In this document: piece after piece, positions 1 through 9,461 of the stretch
How the letters are laid out: each line of letters starts with the position of its first letter
Position numbering within the stretch: the first letter of the stretch is position 1
Assembly: GCA_043826455.1 (NCBI GenBank)
Contig: JBDRQD010000015.1
Location: forward strand, 192,001-256,000
Direction of reading: 5' to 3'
DNA: 64,000 bases
DNA from: Candidatus Bathyarchaeota archaeon
GTDB taxonomy: Archaea > Thermoproteota > Bathyarchaeia > TCS64
Program-made: the position numbers and the translations under genes
The notes under the pieces: model-generated
Databases searched by the model: none
What the model was told of the DNA's origin: nothing
Seen by the model: only the letters and a program-made list of their open reading frames with translations

Positions 1-92
1 CTGAGAGTGAACTGCGAGGCTTTGACGTGGGCCGGCGTCCACAGCATGGCTGTGAGTATAAGCAATGCGAACCATGCAGCCTGCGGAGTCAT
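1..92 (-). CDS. N-terminus of a probable secreted/exported protein, running off the left edge
   Basis: Manual translation from ATG at 92 gives MTPQAAWFALLILTAMLWTPAHVKASQFTL..., with a hydrophobic core and a VKA|S signal-peptidase-like site. The frame is open to the window edge and is not in the ORF track. Confidence 0.55.
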   Translation of the reverse strand, partial: MTPQAAWFALLILTAMLWTPAHVKASQFTL

Positions 93-194
93 GTAACTGT
101 ATCCTCTTAACGGTATCCAACAAGTATATGATTATTCAGGTGAGGCGGGTCCCCAAGTTTTAACTCGGCGTCCAGCCCATGTACAGTGATTGTT

Positions 195-2147
195 ATGCCC
201 AGGAGAGGCGTAGAGATAGAGGACCTGCGGGGATTCGTCTTCGTGTCGGACCCCCAGGTGAGCCCCGACGGGGGCAAAGTGGCCTTCGCCCACACAGCCA
301 TCGACTATGATGGCAATGATTACGTGAAGCACATCTGGATGGCTGACGCTGAGACGGGGGAGGCTGCCCAGTTCACTGGTGGGCAGGGCAAGGACAGCAA
401 CCCTAGGTGGAGCCCGGACGGCGCAAGGCTCCTCTTCCTGTCAAGCAACCGGGAGCCTGATAAGAAGAACCAGCTCCTCGTTATAAGCGCTGGAGGCGGC
501 GAGGCGGTACCTGTCGCTGACATGGAGAACGGGGTAATGAACCCTGAGTGGTCGCAGGACTCCAAGAGGATACTGTTCACCAGCCGGGTCTGGGAGCCTG
601 AGAAGCCTGAGACCGACGTGGTGGTGGTTAAACGCATATACTTCAAGCTCAACGCCGTGGGCATGTTTCCGGGCAAACGTGTCCACCTCTTCACGGTGAG
701 GCCCGGGCAGAAGCCCAAGCAGATCACCAGGGGGGAGTTCGACGTGGGGGCCGCGTCTTGGAGCCCGGATGGCAAAGAGATCGCTTTTGTGACTAACCCT
801 GCTGATGACGCCGACAGGACCCATGTCCGGGACATATACGTGGTGCCGTCGAAGGGCGGCGACTGGAGGAAGGTCACCGGCGGAAGGCACAGCGTCGGAG
901 GCATCTCCTGGAGCCCCGACGGGCGCATGATCGCATACCTGGGCCACGACTTCCACGCCAGGGGAGCCACCAACACGGACACCTGGCTGGTGCCCAGAGG
1001 AGGAGGCCCACCGGAGAACCTGACCCTGGGCTTCGACAGGAGCATCGGCAGGGGCGTCGGAAGCGACCTCCGGGTGGCATCGCCAGACCCCCGCCCAATG
1101 TGGGGCCACGACAGCAGGCACCTGTACTTCATGACGGGGGACGTACCGTCGACTAACCTCTACAGGGTTGAGGTGGAAACAGGAAATGTGGAGCAGCTCA
1201 CGGAGGGCTTCAACCTTGACGGGTTCAGCTTCTCCCGGGACATGGGGGTTATGGCTTACTGCACCATGGACTCCACCCACCCCTGCGAGCTATGGGTAAA
1301 GGACGATATGGGCGCACGCCGAGCCACGTCCTTCAACGACAAGCTCCTCGAGGGCTTGGACCTGGTTAAACCTGAGCACTACACGTGGGTTAATGAGTTA
1401 GGCGACCCGGTTGACGCGTGGGTGATGAGGCCCGTGGGGTTCGAAGCATCTAAGAAGTACCCCGCCATACTGCAGATACACGGCGGGCCACTGGGCATCT
1501 ACGGCGACGGCGTCTTCCACGAGTTCCAGGTCATGGCTTCGTCAGGCTACGCAGTAATCTACACCAACCCCAGGGGCAGCGGCGGCTACGGGGAGGAGTA
1601 CGCCGCAGCCCTAAACGGACGATACGGCACCGTGGACTACAGGGACATCATGGATTTCACACGGGACGCTGTTGATCGTTTCAACTTCATAGACCCGGCC
1701 CGGCTTGGGGTGACAGGCGGAAGCTACGGCGGATACCTCACCAACTGGATAATAACCCAGACCGACACCTTCAAGGCAGCAGTAACATGCCGCAGCACAT
1801 GCAACAGGCTCAGCCACCACGGGTACAGCGACCTGGGGTTCCAGCACGGGGAGTCCGGCAACATGGGGTACCCGTGGAGGGACGAGGAGAAGCTCCTGGC
1901 CCAGAGCCCCATAAGGTACGCGGCCAACATCAAGACCCCCACCCTGCTCATCCACAGCGAGAACGACCTGCGCTGCCCCATACAGCAGGCCGAGGAGTTC
2001 TTCGTCGCCATGAAGGAGCTGGGCGTGGACACGGAGCTGGTCAGGTTCCCCGAGGAGAACCACGAGCTCAGCAGGTCCGGTAAGCCGAAGCACCGGGATG
2101 AAAGACTCAGGCACATAATGCGGTGGTTCGACAAACATCTGAAGTAG
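195..2147 (+). CDS. S9 family peptidase (acylaminoacyl/dipeptidyl aminopeptidase): beta-propeller plus alpha/beta hydrolase
   Basis: WSPDG propeller repeats, IHGGP, NPRGS, nucleophile GGSYGG, Asp in ENDLRC, His in ENHEL. ATG at 195 chosen over GTG at 186. Confidence 0.95.
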   Translation: MPRRGVEIEDLRGFVFVSDPQVSPDGGKVAFAHTAIDYDGNDYVKHIWMADAETGEAAQFTGGQGKDSNPRWSPDGARLLFLSSNREPDKKNQLLVISAGGGEAVPVADMENGVMNPEWSQDSKRILFTSRVWEPEKPETDVVVVKRIYFKLNAVGMFPGKRVHLFTVRPGQKPKQITRGEFDVGAASWSPDGKEIAFVTNPADDADRTHVRDIYVVPSKGGDWRKVTGGRHSVGGISWSPDGRMIAYLGHDFHARGATNTDTWLVPRGGGPPENLTLGFDRSIGRGVGSDLRVASPDPRPMWGHDSRHLYFMTGDVPSTNLYRVEVETGNVEQLTEGFNLDGFSFSRDMGVMAYCTMDSTHPCELWVKDDMGARRATSFNDKLLEGLDLVKPEHYTWVNELGDPVDAWVMRPVGFEASKKYPAILQIHGGPLGIYGDGVFHEFQVMASSGYAVIYTNPRGSGGYGEEYAAALNGRYGTVDYRDIMDFTRDAVDRFNFIDPARLGVTGGSYGGYLTNWIITQTDTFKAAVTCRSTCNRLSHHGYSDLGFQHGESGNMGYPWRDEEKLLAQSPIRYAANIKTPTLLIHSENDLRCPIQQAEEFFVAMKELGVDTELVRFPEENHELSRSGKPKHRDERLRHIMRWFDKHLK

Positions 2148-2316
2148 CTCATAAAACGCCCAGTAACCCTGAATTAGAACGTCATAGAAATGAAACTTAT
2201 CAGGATTCAGCTAAATGCAACCCGAAAAAATATCACATTCTTCCACGCAGTTGTCATCAAATATTCTACCCCTGAAACCTTTAACACTCCAAACAGCCAA
2301 CAATAATGGAAGCGCC

Positions 2317-4269
2317 ATGGCCAAACGCAGCATCAAGATAGAGGACCTGCGCAGGTTTAAGTTCTTATCAGACCCCCAGATGCGGCCCGATGGCTCGAGG
2401 ATAGCCTTCGTGGTCAGCACCATCAACCACGACGAGGACAGGTACGAGCGCCACATCTGGATGGCCGACACCGAGACCGGCGAGCTCACCCAGTTCACCG
2501 GAGGGCCGGGCAGCGACACCGGCCCCAGGTGGAGCCCCGACGGCACGAAGCTCCTCTTCCTCAGCAGGGGTCGTGAGCCCGAGAAGAAGACCCAGCTCTA
2601 CGTGATCAAAGCGTTCGGCGGCGAAGCCACCAAGGTGGCGGAGACCGAGGAAGGCGTAGGCGGCCCCCAATGGGCCCCCAACGGCCGCGACATCCTGTTC
2701 ACCAGCAAGATGTGGACCGAGAAGAAGCCCGAGGGCACCGACGTAAAGGTCATCAAACGTATCAGGTACAAGATGAACGCTGCAGGCTACTTCGAGGGAC
2801 GCAGAAACCACCTATTCACTGTCCGGGCCGGAGGCAAGCCCCGACAGGCCACAAAGGGCGAGTTCGACGCCGAGGCCGCGACGTGGAGCAGCGACTCCAA
2901 AAGCATTCTCTTCGTCACCAGCATGGCGGAGGACGCCGACACAAGCCGGGTCCGAGACATCTACAGAGTCCCAGCCAAGGGCGGCGAACCCGTCAAGGTC
3001 ACCGGCGGAGGCTACAGCATAGCCGACCTATCCATCAGCCCCGACGGAGGCACCCTGGCCTTCGTGGGCTACGACAGGCCCGAGGAGCTTGCAGCCGACT
3101 ACGATCTCTATGTAATGCCTGTTGGCGGCGGCGAGCCCCGCTGCCTAACCTCAGTGTTCAATAGGAGCCTCCTGGAGGGCGTGGGCTCCGACCTCAGGGT
3201 CTCCACCCCCAGCTCTACGCCCGTCTGGAGCGGCGACCACATATACTTCGTAACCGCGGACACCCCCCACTGCAACGTCTACAGGACCCACGTGAAGACA
3301 GGCAAAGCGGAGACCATCATAGGCTGCAGGACGGTGGACGGGTTCAGCCTCAGCGACGACGGCTCCAGGATGGCCTACATCGCCATGGATAACACCCACC
3401 CCTGCGAGTTATACATCAGAGAGAACGGCAAGGAAAAGAAGCTCAGCGGCTTCAACGACAAGCTGCTAAACGAGCTCAGCCTCGCAGAGCCGGAGCACTT
3501 CACCTTCAAGAACAGGCTGGGGCGCATGGTGGACGGCTGGGTCATCAAACCCACGGACTTCGACCCAACAAAGAAGTACCCATGCGTCCTGGAGATGCAC
3601 GGCGGCCCCAGAGGCGTCTACGGAAACGGCATATTCCAGGAGTTCCAGCTCCTCGCAGCGGAGGGCTGGGCCGTCATATACACAAACCCCCGGGGCAGCG
3701 CTGGCTACGAGGAGGAGTACACCATGGGGGTCATGCGCCACTACGGCGAAGTAGACCTCGAAGACTTCATGGGCTTCACAGACGAAGCCATCAGACGCTA
3801 CAGGTGGATAGACGAGACCCGGCTGGGCCTCACCGGCGGCAGCTACGGCGGCTACACCACCAACTGGATCATCACCCAGACGGACAGGTTCAGGGCAGCC
3901 GTCACCTTCCGCAGCATATGCAACTGGGTCAGCAAGTTCGGCGTCAGCGACATAGGCTTCATGCAGCCCGAGAGCATCAGCGGAGCCAAGACCTACTGGG
4001 GCGAGGACCTGGTGAAGCAGATGCTGCACAGCCCCCTATACTACGTGGACCGCGTCAAGACGCCCTGCCTCATAGTCCACAGCGAGGAGGACTACCGGTG
4101 CCCCATAGAGCAGGGTGAGCAGTGGTTCACGGCGCTGAAGCTCAACGGGGTCCCCACCGAGCTCGTAAGGTTCCCAGGGGAGAACCATGAGCTCAGCCGC
4201 AGTGGCAAGCCCAAGCACCGTGAGGAGAGGTTCAGGCACCTGATACGCTGGTTCAGAGAGTACCTCTAA
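2317..4269 (+). CDS. S9 family peptidase, tandem paralog
   Basis: Same motifs (MHGGP, GGSYGG, EEDYRC, ENHELSRSGKPKHR). Start at ATG 2317 by N-terminal alignment with the upstream paralog. Confidence 0.95.
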   Translation: MAKRSIKIEDLRRFKFLSDPQMRPDGSRIAFVVSTINHDEDRYERHIWMADTETGELTQFTGGPGSDTGPRWSPDGTKLLFLSRGREPEKKTQLYVIKAFGGEATKVAETEEGVGGPQWAPNGRDILFTSKMWTEKKPEGTDVKVIKRIRYKMNAAGYFEGRRNHLFTVRAGGKPRQATKGEFDAEAATWSSDSKSILFVTSMAEDADTSRVRDIYRVPAKGGEPVKVTGGGYSIADLSISPDGGTLAFVGYDRPEELAADYDLYVMPVGGGEPRCLTSVFNRSLLEGVGSDLRVSTPSSTPVWSGDHIYFVTADTPHCNVYRTHVKTGKAETIIGCRTVDGFSLSDDGSRMAYIAMDNTHPCELYIRENGKEKKLSGFNDKLLNELSLAEPEHFTFKNRLGRMVDGWVIKPTDFDPTKKYPCVLEMHGGPRGVYGNGIFQEFQLLAAEGWAVIYTNPRGSAGYEEEYTMGVMRHYGEVDLEDFMGFTDEAIRRYRWIDETRLGLTGGSYGGYTTNWIITQTDRFRAAVTFRSICNWVSKFGVSDIGFMQPESISGAKTYWGEDLVKQMLHSPLYYVDRVKTPCLIVHSEEDYRCPIEQGEQWFTALKLNGVPTELVRFPGENHELSRSGKPKHREERFRHLIRWFREYL

Positions 4270-4316
4270 ACCCCACCCTTATTATATTAAACCACCAATA
4301 AACACCATGAAGCGCC

Positions 4317-5189
4317 ATGCCCTACTGCGCTAACTGCGGGAAAGAGGTGGCCGAGGACGACCAGTACTGCTCAAAGTGCGGCGCCGCCCTAAAACAGGGC
4401 AGCGGCGAGCTTGCCACGGAGTCCATAAGCATAGGCTACCCTGAGGCGGAGAACCCTGAGCTGGAGATAAGCGTCGCCATCGCCGGCTACATCAAGGCGG
4501 AGCCCGGCGGAGACAAGCTCATCGAGGGCACCATCGAGTACAACCTCCCCGAGTGGAGGCCTGAGATCACCCAGACCAGGGACACCGTAGCCATAAGGCA
4601 GCTGGAGCGGTACAGCTGGAGGGCCTGGGACAACCCCGTCAACGACTGGGACATAAAACTGGGCGCCGCGAAACCCTACAGGCTCAGGGTCAAGGCGGGG
4701 GTGGGACGCGGAACATGGAGCCTAGGCGGCCTCCCCCTGACAGGCCTCAACGTTGACACCGGGGTCAGCCAGAGCCAGATCAGCTTCGAAGCGCCTAACC
4801 CCCAAACCATGCAGCTATTGCGTATACAGACAGGTGTAGGAGAAACCAAGCTTACGGGGCTTCTAAACGCCAGGTTCAGGGAGATGAGGCTCAGCGGAGG
4901 AGTGGGCGAGGTCAAGATGGAGTTCTCCGGCTCCAAGCCGGAGCAGGACACCCCCGTTAAGATCGACGGAGGCGTAGGGGCGTTCGACGTGAAAATCGAC
5001 CAGGCTGTCTCAGCAGTCTTCTACGTAAGCGGCCTCACAGGGGTCACCACCAGAGACGGAGTGGTGAAGAAGCGAGGCGGCTTCGGGCGAGGCGAGTACG
5101 CCACAGAGGCGTTCGAGAGTAAGGGTGGACCCAAAATTGTATTCGACATAAGCCTAGGCGTAGGTGGCGTAACCTTATCCACCATCTGA
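4317..5189 (+). CDS. Zinc-ribbon protein with C-terminal toast-rack/beta-solenoid-like domain
   Basis: N-terminal CANC-x10-CSKC. Repeated GVG/GGVG beta motifs in the C-terminal two thirds. Confidence 0.7.
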   Translation: MPYCANCGKEVAEDDQYCSKCGAALKQGSGELATESISIGYPEAENPELEISVAIAGYIKAEPGGDKLIEGTIEYNLPEWRPEITQTRDTVAIRQLERYSWRAWDNPVNDWDIKLGAAKPYRLRVKAGVGRGTWSLGGLPLTGLNVDTGVSQSQISFEAPNPQTMQLLRIQTGVGETKLTGLLNARFREMRLSGGVGEVKMEFSGSKPEQDTPVKIDGGVGAFDVKIDQAVSAVFYVSGLTGVTTRDGVVKKRGGFGRGEYATEAFESKGGPKIVFDISLGVGGVTLSTI

Positions 5190-5253
5190 CAAGAGAATCA
5201 CCTTCATCGAGGCAACCCAAACCACTTTAAACCTTGCAGATAAAGGTAACTTG

Positions 5254-5745
5254 ATGTCCGGCGGCTTCAAATGCCTCACGTGCGGCTGGTGCTGCAGCCA
5301 CCTAGCCGAGGGCAGCTGGAGCGGCCTCAGCCTTTTCCCCTGGGAGACCCACCTCTTCACCGGAGACAAAGTCCTACCCCACCTGGGCTACGGAGCCAGC
5401 CCAGAGGACGACGGGTTCAGGGTCATCCTCTACAGGTACGTGGGCGCGGTCTGCGAGAAGCTGAGGGACAACCGGTGCACCATCCACGAGACCAGGCCCC
5501 TGGTCTGCCGCAGCTACCCCTTCCGGTACATGAAGAAGGGGGACACCATAGCCTTTGAGGCCGCTCCCGAGTGCCGGGCCATCGACCCGGAGGCCACCAC
5601 ATGGCCCTCCAGAAAGTTCCCCGAACTGTACGCCGCCGAGGAGATAGGGATGCAGCTGGAGCTCTTCTATAAGCGGGGAGACTCTAAATGGGTGTACGAC
5701 CCCGTCTCCAGCCACTGGATACCCTTCCACATGAGAAAGGCATAA
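5254..5745 (+). CDS. YkgJ-family (CxxCxxCC) cysteine-cluster protein
   Basis: FKCLTCGWCC, C..L..NRCTIH.TRPLVCRSYPF. Confidence 0.85.
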   Translation: MSGGFKCLTCGWCCSHLAEGSWSGLSLFPWETHLFTGDKVLPHLGYGASPEDDGFRVILYRYVGAVCEKLRDNRCTIHETRPLVCRSYPFRYMKKGDTIAFEAAPECRAIDPEATTWPSRKFPELYAAEEIGMQLELFYKRGDSKWVYDPVSSHWIPFHMRKA

Positions 5746-6077
5746 GTCACAGCGCTCATTGATCATCCTGCTCCGTCGATTACGACGCAGCCGTGCAGAC
5801 GGACCTCGCGGAGACACCACGATGATTCGGGGTTTACCCACGCACGGTACAGGCGGGGCGGGGCGCCGCGCCGCATCTCACTGCAATTTGAGAGAGCTCA
5901 GCCGAGTACGGCGACGCCGGTTCAGTGAGGCTGAAAGTTTGTTGCAGGGAACAGGCGCGGCCCCAAAAAGGGAAGAGGTTTTCGGTTAACCGTGTTTTCG
6001 GGGTCTCCAGAGCCGAAGACGAGGAGGCGTCTCACCGAGGAAAAAGCATGAAGCATGAGATGGAATTTTTTTTCCGC

Positions 6078-6102
6078 CTTATCCCGGCTGGCACGGGATA
6101 AG
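6078..6102. other. Perfect 9-bp hairpin in the long intergenic region
   Basis: CTTATCCCG-GCTGGCA-CGGGATAAG, preceded by a T run. Confidence 0.6.
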
Positions 6103-6300
6103 CCACCCAGGAAACTACACGCCAGCGCAGCGGCCCTAGGAATAAGGAGGGGGTAGAGCAGGTGAACCGGAAACGGCCGCCCCACACCAAAAGGAGCCAC
6201 GGAAACACGCCTTCACCATCCCATTCTATGCACTAACGGCGTCCATTCCACACAGAAACACGGCCTATTCAGCACATCAGACACGCTGCATCGGAGCCTA

Positions 6301-6325
6301 TGTGAAAAAAGGTAGGGGGGTATCA
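6301..6325 (+). repeat. 25-bp direct repeat, copy 1 (TGTGAAAAAAGGTAGGGGGGTATCA)
   Basis: Identical to 8196-8220. Degenerate similarity continues about 50 bp downstream. Confidence 0.9.
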
Positions 6326-6450
6326 ATTATTGGAGAATTTTTTTATTATTATAAGTACAAGTGCCCGCCCCGACGAATCAGATGACCGCGACACGAGTAA
6401 CATCCAACTCCTCAAAGTAAAGTGTATAGAGGACCCCGCTTAATTGTAGA

Positions 6451-7011
6451 ATGATCGAGTTGAGCACTGCAGTCCTCGTAGTAGACCTAATCCAGGAATT
6501 CGTGACCGGACGCCTAGGCAACCCCAGGACCCAGACCGTTGTCCCCAGGGTCAAGAAGCTACTCGACGCCGCCAGAAGAAAGGGCCATAGGATCATTCAC
6601 GTGACCGACGCGCATATCCCCGGCGTGGACGCCGAGTTCGAGGTGTGGGGCAGCCACGCCGAGGCCGGGACACCCGGGGCTAAGATCGTGCCCGAGCTCA
6701 CCCCAAGGAAGGGCGAATTCCATCTCCACAAGCGCAGGTACAGCGCCTTCTACGCCACCGGCTTGGACGAGCTGCTCCGAGAGCTGGGCGTAAAGGAACT
6801 CATAGTCGCCGGAGTCCTCACCAACATCTGCATACAGCACACGGCCGCCGACGCCTTCTTCCGAGGCTACAAGGTCACCGTGCCCAGGGACTGCGTAGAC
6901 GCTTTAACGGACGAGGAGCAGGAGGACAGCCTGGCCTTCATGAAGCGCATGTACGGCGCCGAGATAACTGACTCAAAGACACTCATAGAGCGGCTGGAGG
7001 CCAAGAAATGA
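6451..7011 (+). CDS. pncA: Isochorismatase-family cysteine hydrolase, probable nicotinamidase
   Basis: VVDL..EF, D-x-H, WGSH, KRRYSAFY.T, GVLTNIC. Overlaps pncB by 4 nt (ATGA). Confidence 0.8.
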   Translation: MIELSTAVLVVDLIQEFVTGRLGNPRTQTVVPRVKKLLDAARRKGHRIIHVTDAHIPGVDAEFEVWGSHAEAGTPGAKIVPELTPRKGEFHLHKRRYSAFYATGLDELLRELGVKELIVAGVLTNICIQHTAADAFFRGYKVTVPRDCVDALTDEEQEDSLAFMKRMYGAEITDSKTLIERLEAKK

Positions 7012-8210
7012 AACTCTTCCACACCGCCACCGACGAGGACATCAAGAGGGGCAGAACCACTGACATCTACTTCCACCGCACCAAGCAGATACTCCGGGCC
7101 AAGGGCAAAGACAAGGTGCGCGTAGTCGCGGAGGTCACCACCGGCTCACCCCCCGACAACCACAGCTGGGGCCTCCTCTGCGGCGTCGCGGAGGTGGCCA
7201 GGCTCCTGGAGGGCCTGCCCGTGGACGTGTACAGCATGCCGGAGGGCAGCGTCTTCCACAGCGTAGACAGCCTAGGCTACAGGAGCCCCGTGATAACCGT
7301 GGAGGGCACCTACATGGACTTCTGCGAGTACGAGACACCACTCCTAGGCCTCATATGCCAAGAGTCCGCCGTCGCCAGCAGAGCCGCCTACATACGCAAG
7401 GCAGCGGGCAGCAAGCCAGTCGTGGCCTTCGGAATCCGCCGCATCCACCCCGTCCTGGCCCCAGCCATGGACCGGGCCGCATACATAGGGGGCATGGACG
7501 GCGTCTCCAGCATCCTGGGCGCCGAGGCCTGCGGCATAGAGCCCACAGGCACCATGCCCCACTCCCTCATAATCATCTTCGGGGACCAGGTGGAGGCCTG
7601 GAAGGCCTATGACGAGGTCGTCGATCCCGACTCACCCCGGATCATACTGGCTGACACCTACTATGACGAGAAGACTGAGGCCATCATGGCCGCCGAGGCA
7701 CTGAAGGAACGGTTACATGGCGTCAGGCTGGACACCCCGGGTAGCAGGCGAGGCGACTTCCCCAAGATAGTGAAGGAGGTGAGGTGGGAGCTGGACCTCA
7801 GAGGGTTCCAGGACGTGAAGATATTCGTGTCCGGCGGCCTCAACGAGAAGACCGTGGCGGAGCTCAGCGAGGCTGGCGCCGACGCCTTCGGCGTAGGCAC
7901 CTGGGTCAGCGGCGCCCCCACCCTGGACTTCGCCATGGACATCGTGGAGGTAGACGGCAGACCCCACGCCAAGAGAGGCAAGCTCGGCGGAAGGAAGCAG
8001 GTTTGGAGGTGCAAGGAGTGCCTCATGGACTCGGTGAAGCCGGCTGACCAGCCCGCCCCCAGGTGTATGGTCTGCGGAGGCGAGACCGAGCCAATGTTGA
8101 AGCCTCTTCTTAAGAACGGCAAGATAGTAGAGCCACTCCCCGAGCCAACGGAGATCAGAGATAGGGTCCTGAGACAGCTGGAAAAACTTGAAAGCTGTGA
8201 AAAAAGGTAG
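7008..8210 (+). CDS. pncB: Nicotinate phosphoribosyltransferase (archaeal type, C-terminal Zn ribbon)
   Basis: TTDIYF, FGIRR, GTMPHS, LADTY, GVRLDT, SGGL.E, FGVGT, C-terminal CKEC...CMVC. Confidence 0.93.
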   Translation: MKLFHTATDEDIKRGRTTDIYFHRTKQILRAKGKDKVRVVAEVTTGSPPDNHSWGLLCGVAEVARLLEGLPVDVYSMPEGSVFHSVDSLGYRSPVITVEGTYMDFCEYETPLLGLICQESAVASRAAYIRKAAGSKPVVAFGIRRIHPVLAPAMDRAAYIGGMDGVSSILGAEACGIEPTGTMPHSLIIIFGDQVEAWKAYDEVVDPDSPRIILADTYYDEKTEAIMAAEALKERLHGVRLDTPGSRRGDFPKIVKEVRWELDLRGFQDVKIFVSGGLNEKTVAELSEAGADAFGVGTWVSGAPTLDFAMDIVEVDGRPHAKRGKLGGRKQVWRCKECLMDSVKPADQPAPRCMVCGGETEPMLKPLLKNGKIVEPLPEPTEIRDRVLRQLEKLESCEKR

Positions 8211-8220
8211 GGGGGTATCA
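8196..8220 (+). repeat. 25-bp direct repeat, copy 2, containing the pncB stop codon
   Basis: Identical to 6301-6325. Followed by hairpin TTATGGAG-8nt-CTCCATAA (8223-8246). Confidence 0.9.
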
Positions 8221-8352
8221 TATTATGGAGCGAAAAACCTCCATAAAATACAAAAAGCCGCCTCGACGTAGCTGCAGCTTCCAGTGGGCAGCCCGTTCTG
8301 CCCTCAACCCTTAAAAACCGTGCTGCTGATACCAGTTACTTGGCGAATTGAT

Positions 8353-9435
8353 TTGGACACAGAGACCCGCTTCAGGCTAGTCACCCAGGACCTCCAGGAG
8401 ATCATCACAGTGGATGAGCTCCGCAGCCTCCTCGAAACCAACGATCACCCCCGAGGCTACGTGGGCTTCGAGCCCAGCGGTATAATGCACGCAGGCACAG
8501 GCCTCATAGTGGGCAAGAAGATGCGTGACTACGTGGAGGCGGGCTTCCACTTCATCATATACTTGGCCGAGTGGCACGGCTGGATCAACAACAAGATGGG
8601 CGGAGTAGCCGAGAACCTGGCCATAGCAGCCGAGTACTTCAAGGACTGCTTCACGGCCCTGGGCCTACCCGAAGGCAAGGTAGAGTACCTGTGGGCCAGC
8701 GACATCGTGGACACCAAGGACTACTGGGAGAAGGTGGTCCGCGTCATGAAGTCCACCAGCCTCAGGCGCACCCTCCGCTCCATGCCCATCATGGGCCGCA
8801 GCGCCGACACCACCGACGTTGAGACCGCCTGGGCCCTCTACCCGGCCATGCAGGCAAGCGACATCTTCCAGATGGACCTGGACTGCGCCTGCGCAGGCAT
8901 GGACCAGCGCAAGGTGCACATGCTGGCAAGAGAGGCGGCCCCCAAGCTGGGGTTCAAGGTCCCCGTCTGCCTCCACAACCCGCTGCTACCAGGCCTTCAG
9001 GTGACGGACCTCAACGGCAGCTTCGACGAGGACGAGGGCATCGACCAGAGCATCCGGCACAAGATGAGCAAGAGCGTATCCAAGGGTGCCATATGGGTCA
9101 ACGACACCCCCAAGGAGATCAAGGAAAAGTACCACGACGCATTCTGCCCCGAGAAGGTGGTCAAGGACAACCCGGTCCTCGACCACGCCCGCATGGTAGT
9201 GTTCCCCCAGCTGGGCAAGCTGGAGATCGAGCGCCCAAAGAAGTACGGCGGAGACATCACCTTCCACAGCTTCGACGAGCTCTCCGAATCCTACGGCAAA
9301 GGCGAGCTTCATCCGCTGGACCTGAAGAAGGGCGTCACCGAGTCCATGATAAAGCTGCTTGAGCCAGTGGCCAAGTACTTCGAGAGGAAGCCCGAGAACC
9401 TGGAGCGGATGAAGCAGCTCACAGTAACCAGGTAA
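8353..9435 (+). CDS. tyrS: Tyrosine--tRNA ligase (archaeal/eukaryote type)
   Basis: YVGFEPSG.MHAG (HIGH-like), YPAMQASDIF, GMDQRKVH, KMSKS, LHPLDLK. In-frame TTG at 8353 chosen as start. Confidence 0.95.
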   Translation: MDTETRFRLVTQDLQEIITVDELRSLLETNDHPRGYVGFEPSGIMHAGTGLIVGKKMRDYVEAGFHFIIYLAEWHGWINNKMGGVAENLAIAAEYFKDCFTALGLPEGKVEYLWASDIVDTKDYWEKVVRVMKSTSLRRTLRSMPIMGRSADTTDVETAWALYPAMQASDIFQMDLDCACAGMDQRKVHMLAREAAPKLGFKVPVCLHNPLLPGLQVTDLNGSFDEDEGIDQSIRHKMSKSVSKGAIWVNDTPKEIKEKYHDAFCPEKVVKDNPVLDHARMVVFPQLGKLEIERPKKYGGDITFHSFDELSESYGKGELHPLDLKKGVTESMIKLLEPVAKYFERKPENLERMKQLTVTR

Positions 9436-9461
9436 ACCTGTAATCAAAAAGGGGGATGCTG

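Noticed and set aside
5746..6300. RNase P RNA candidate
   Set aside because: The conserved GAGGAAAGUCC and 3' P4-pairing motifs were not found on either strand.
6301..8220. CRISPR repeat interpretation of the 25-bp repeat
   Set aside because: Only two copies about 1.9 kb apart, with no spacer periodicity and no cas genes.
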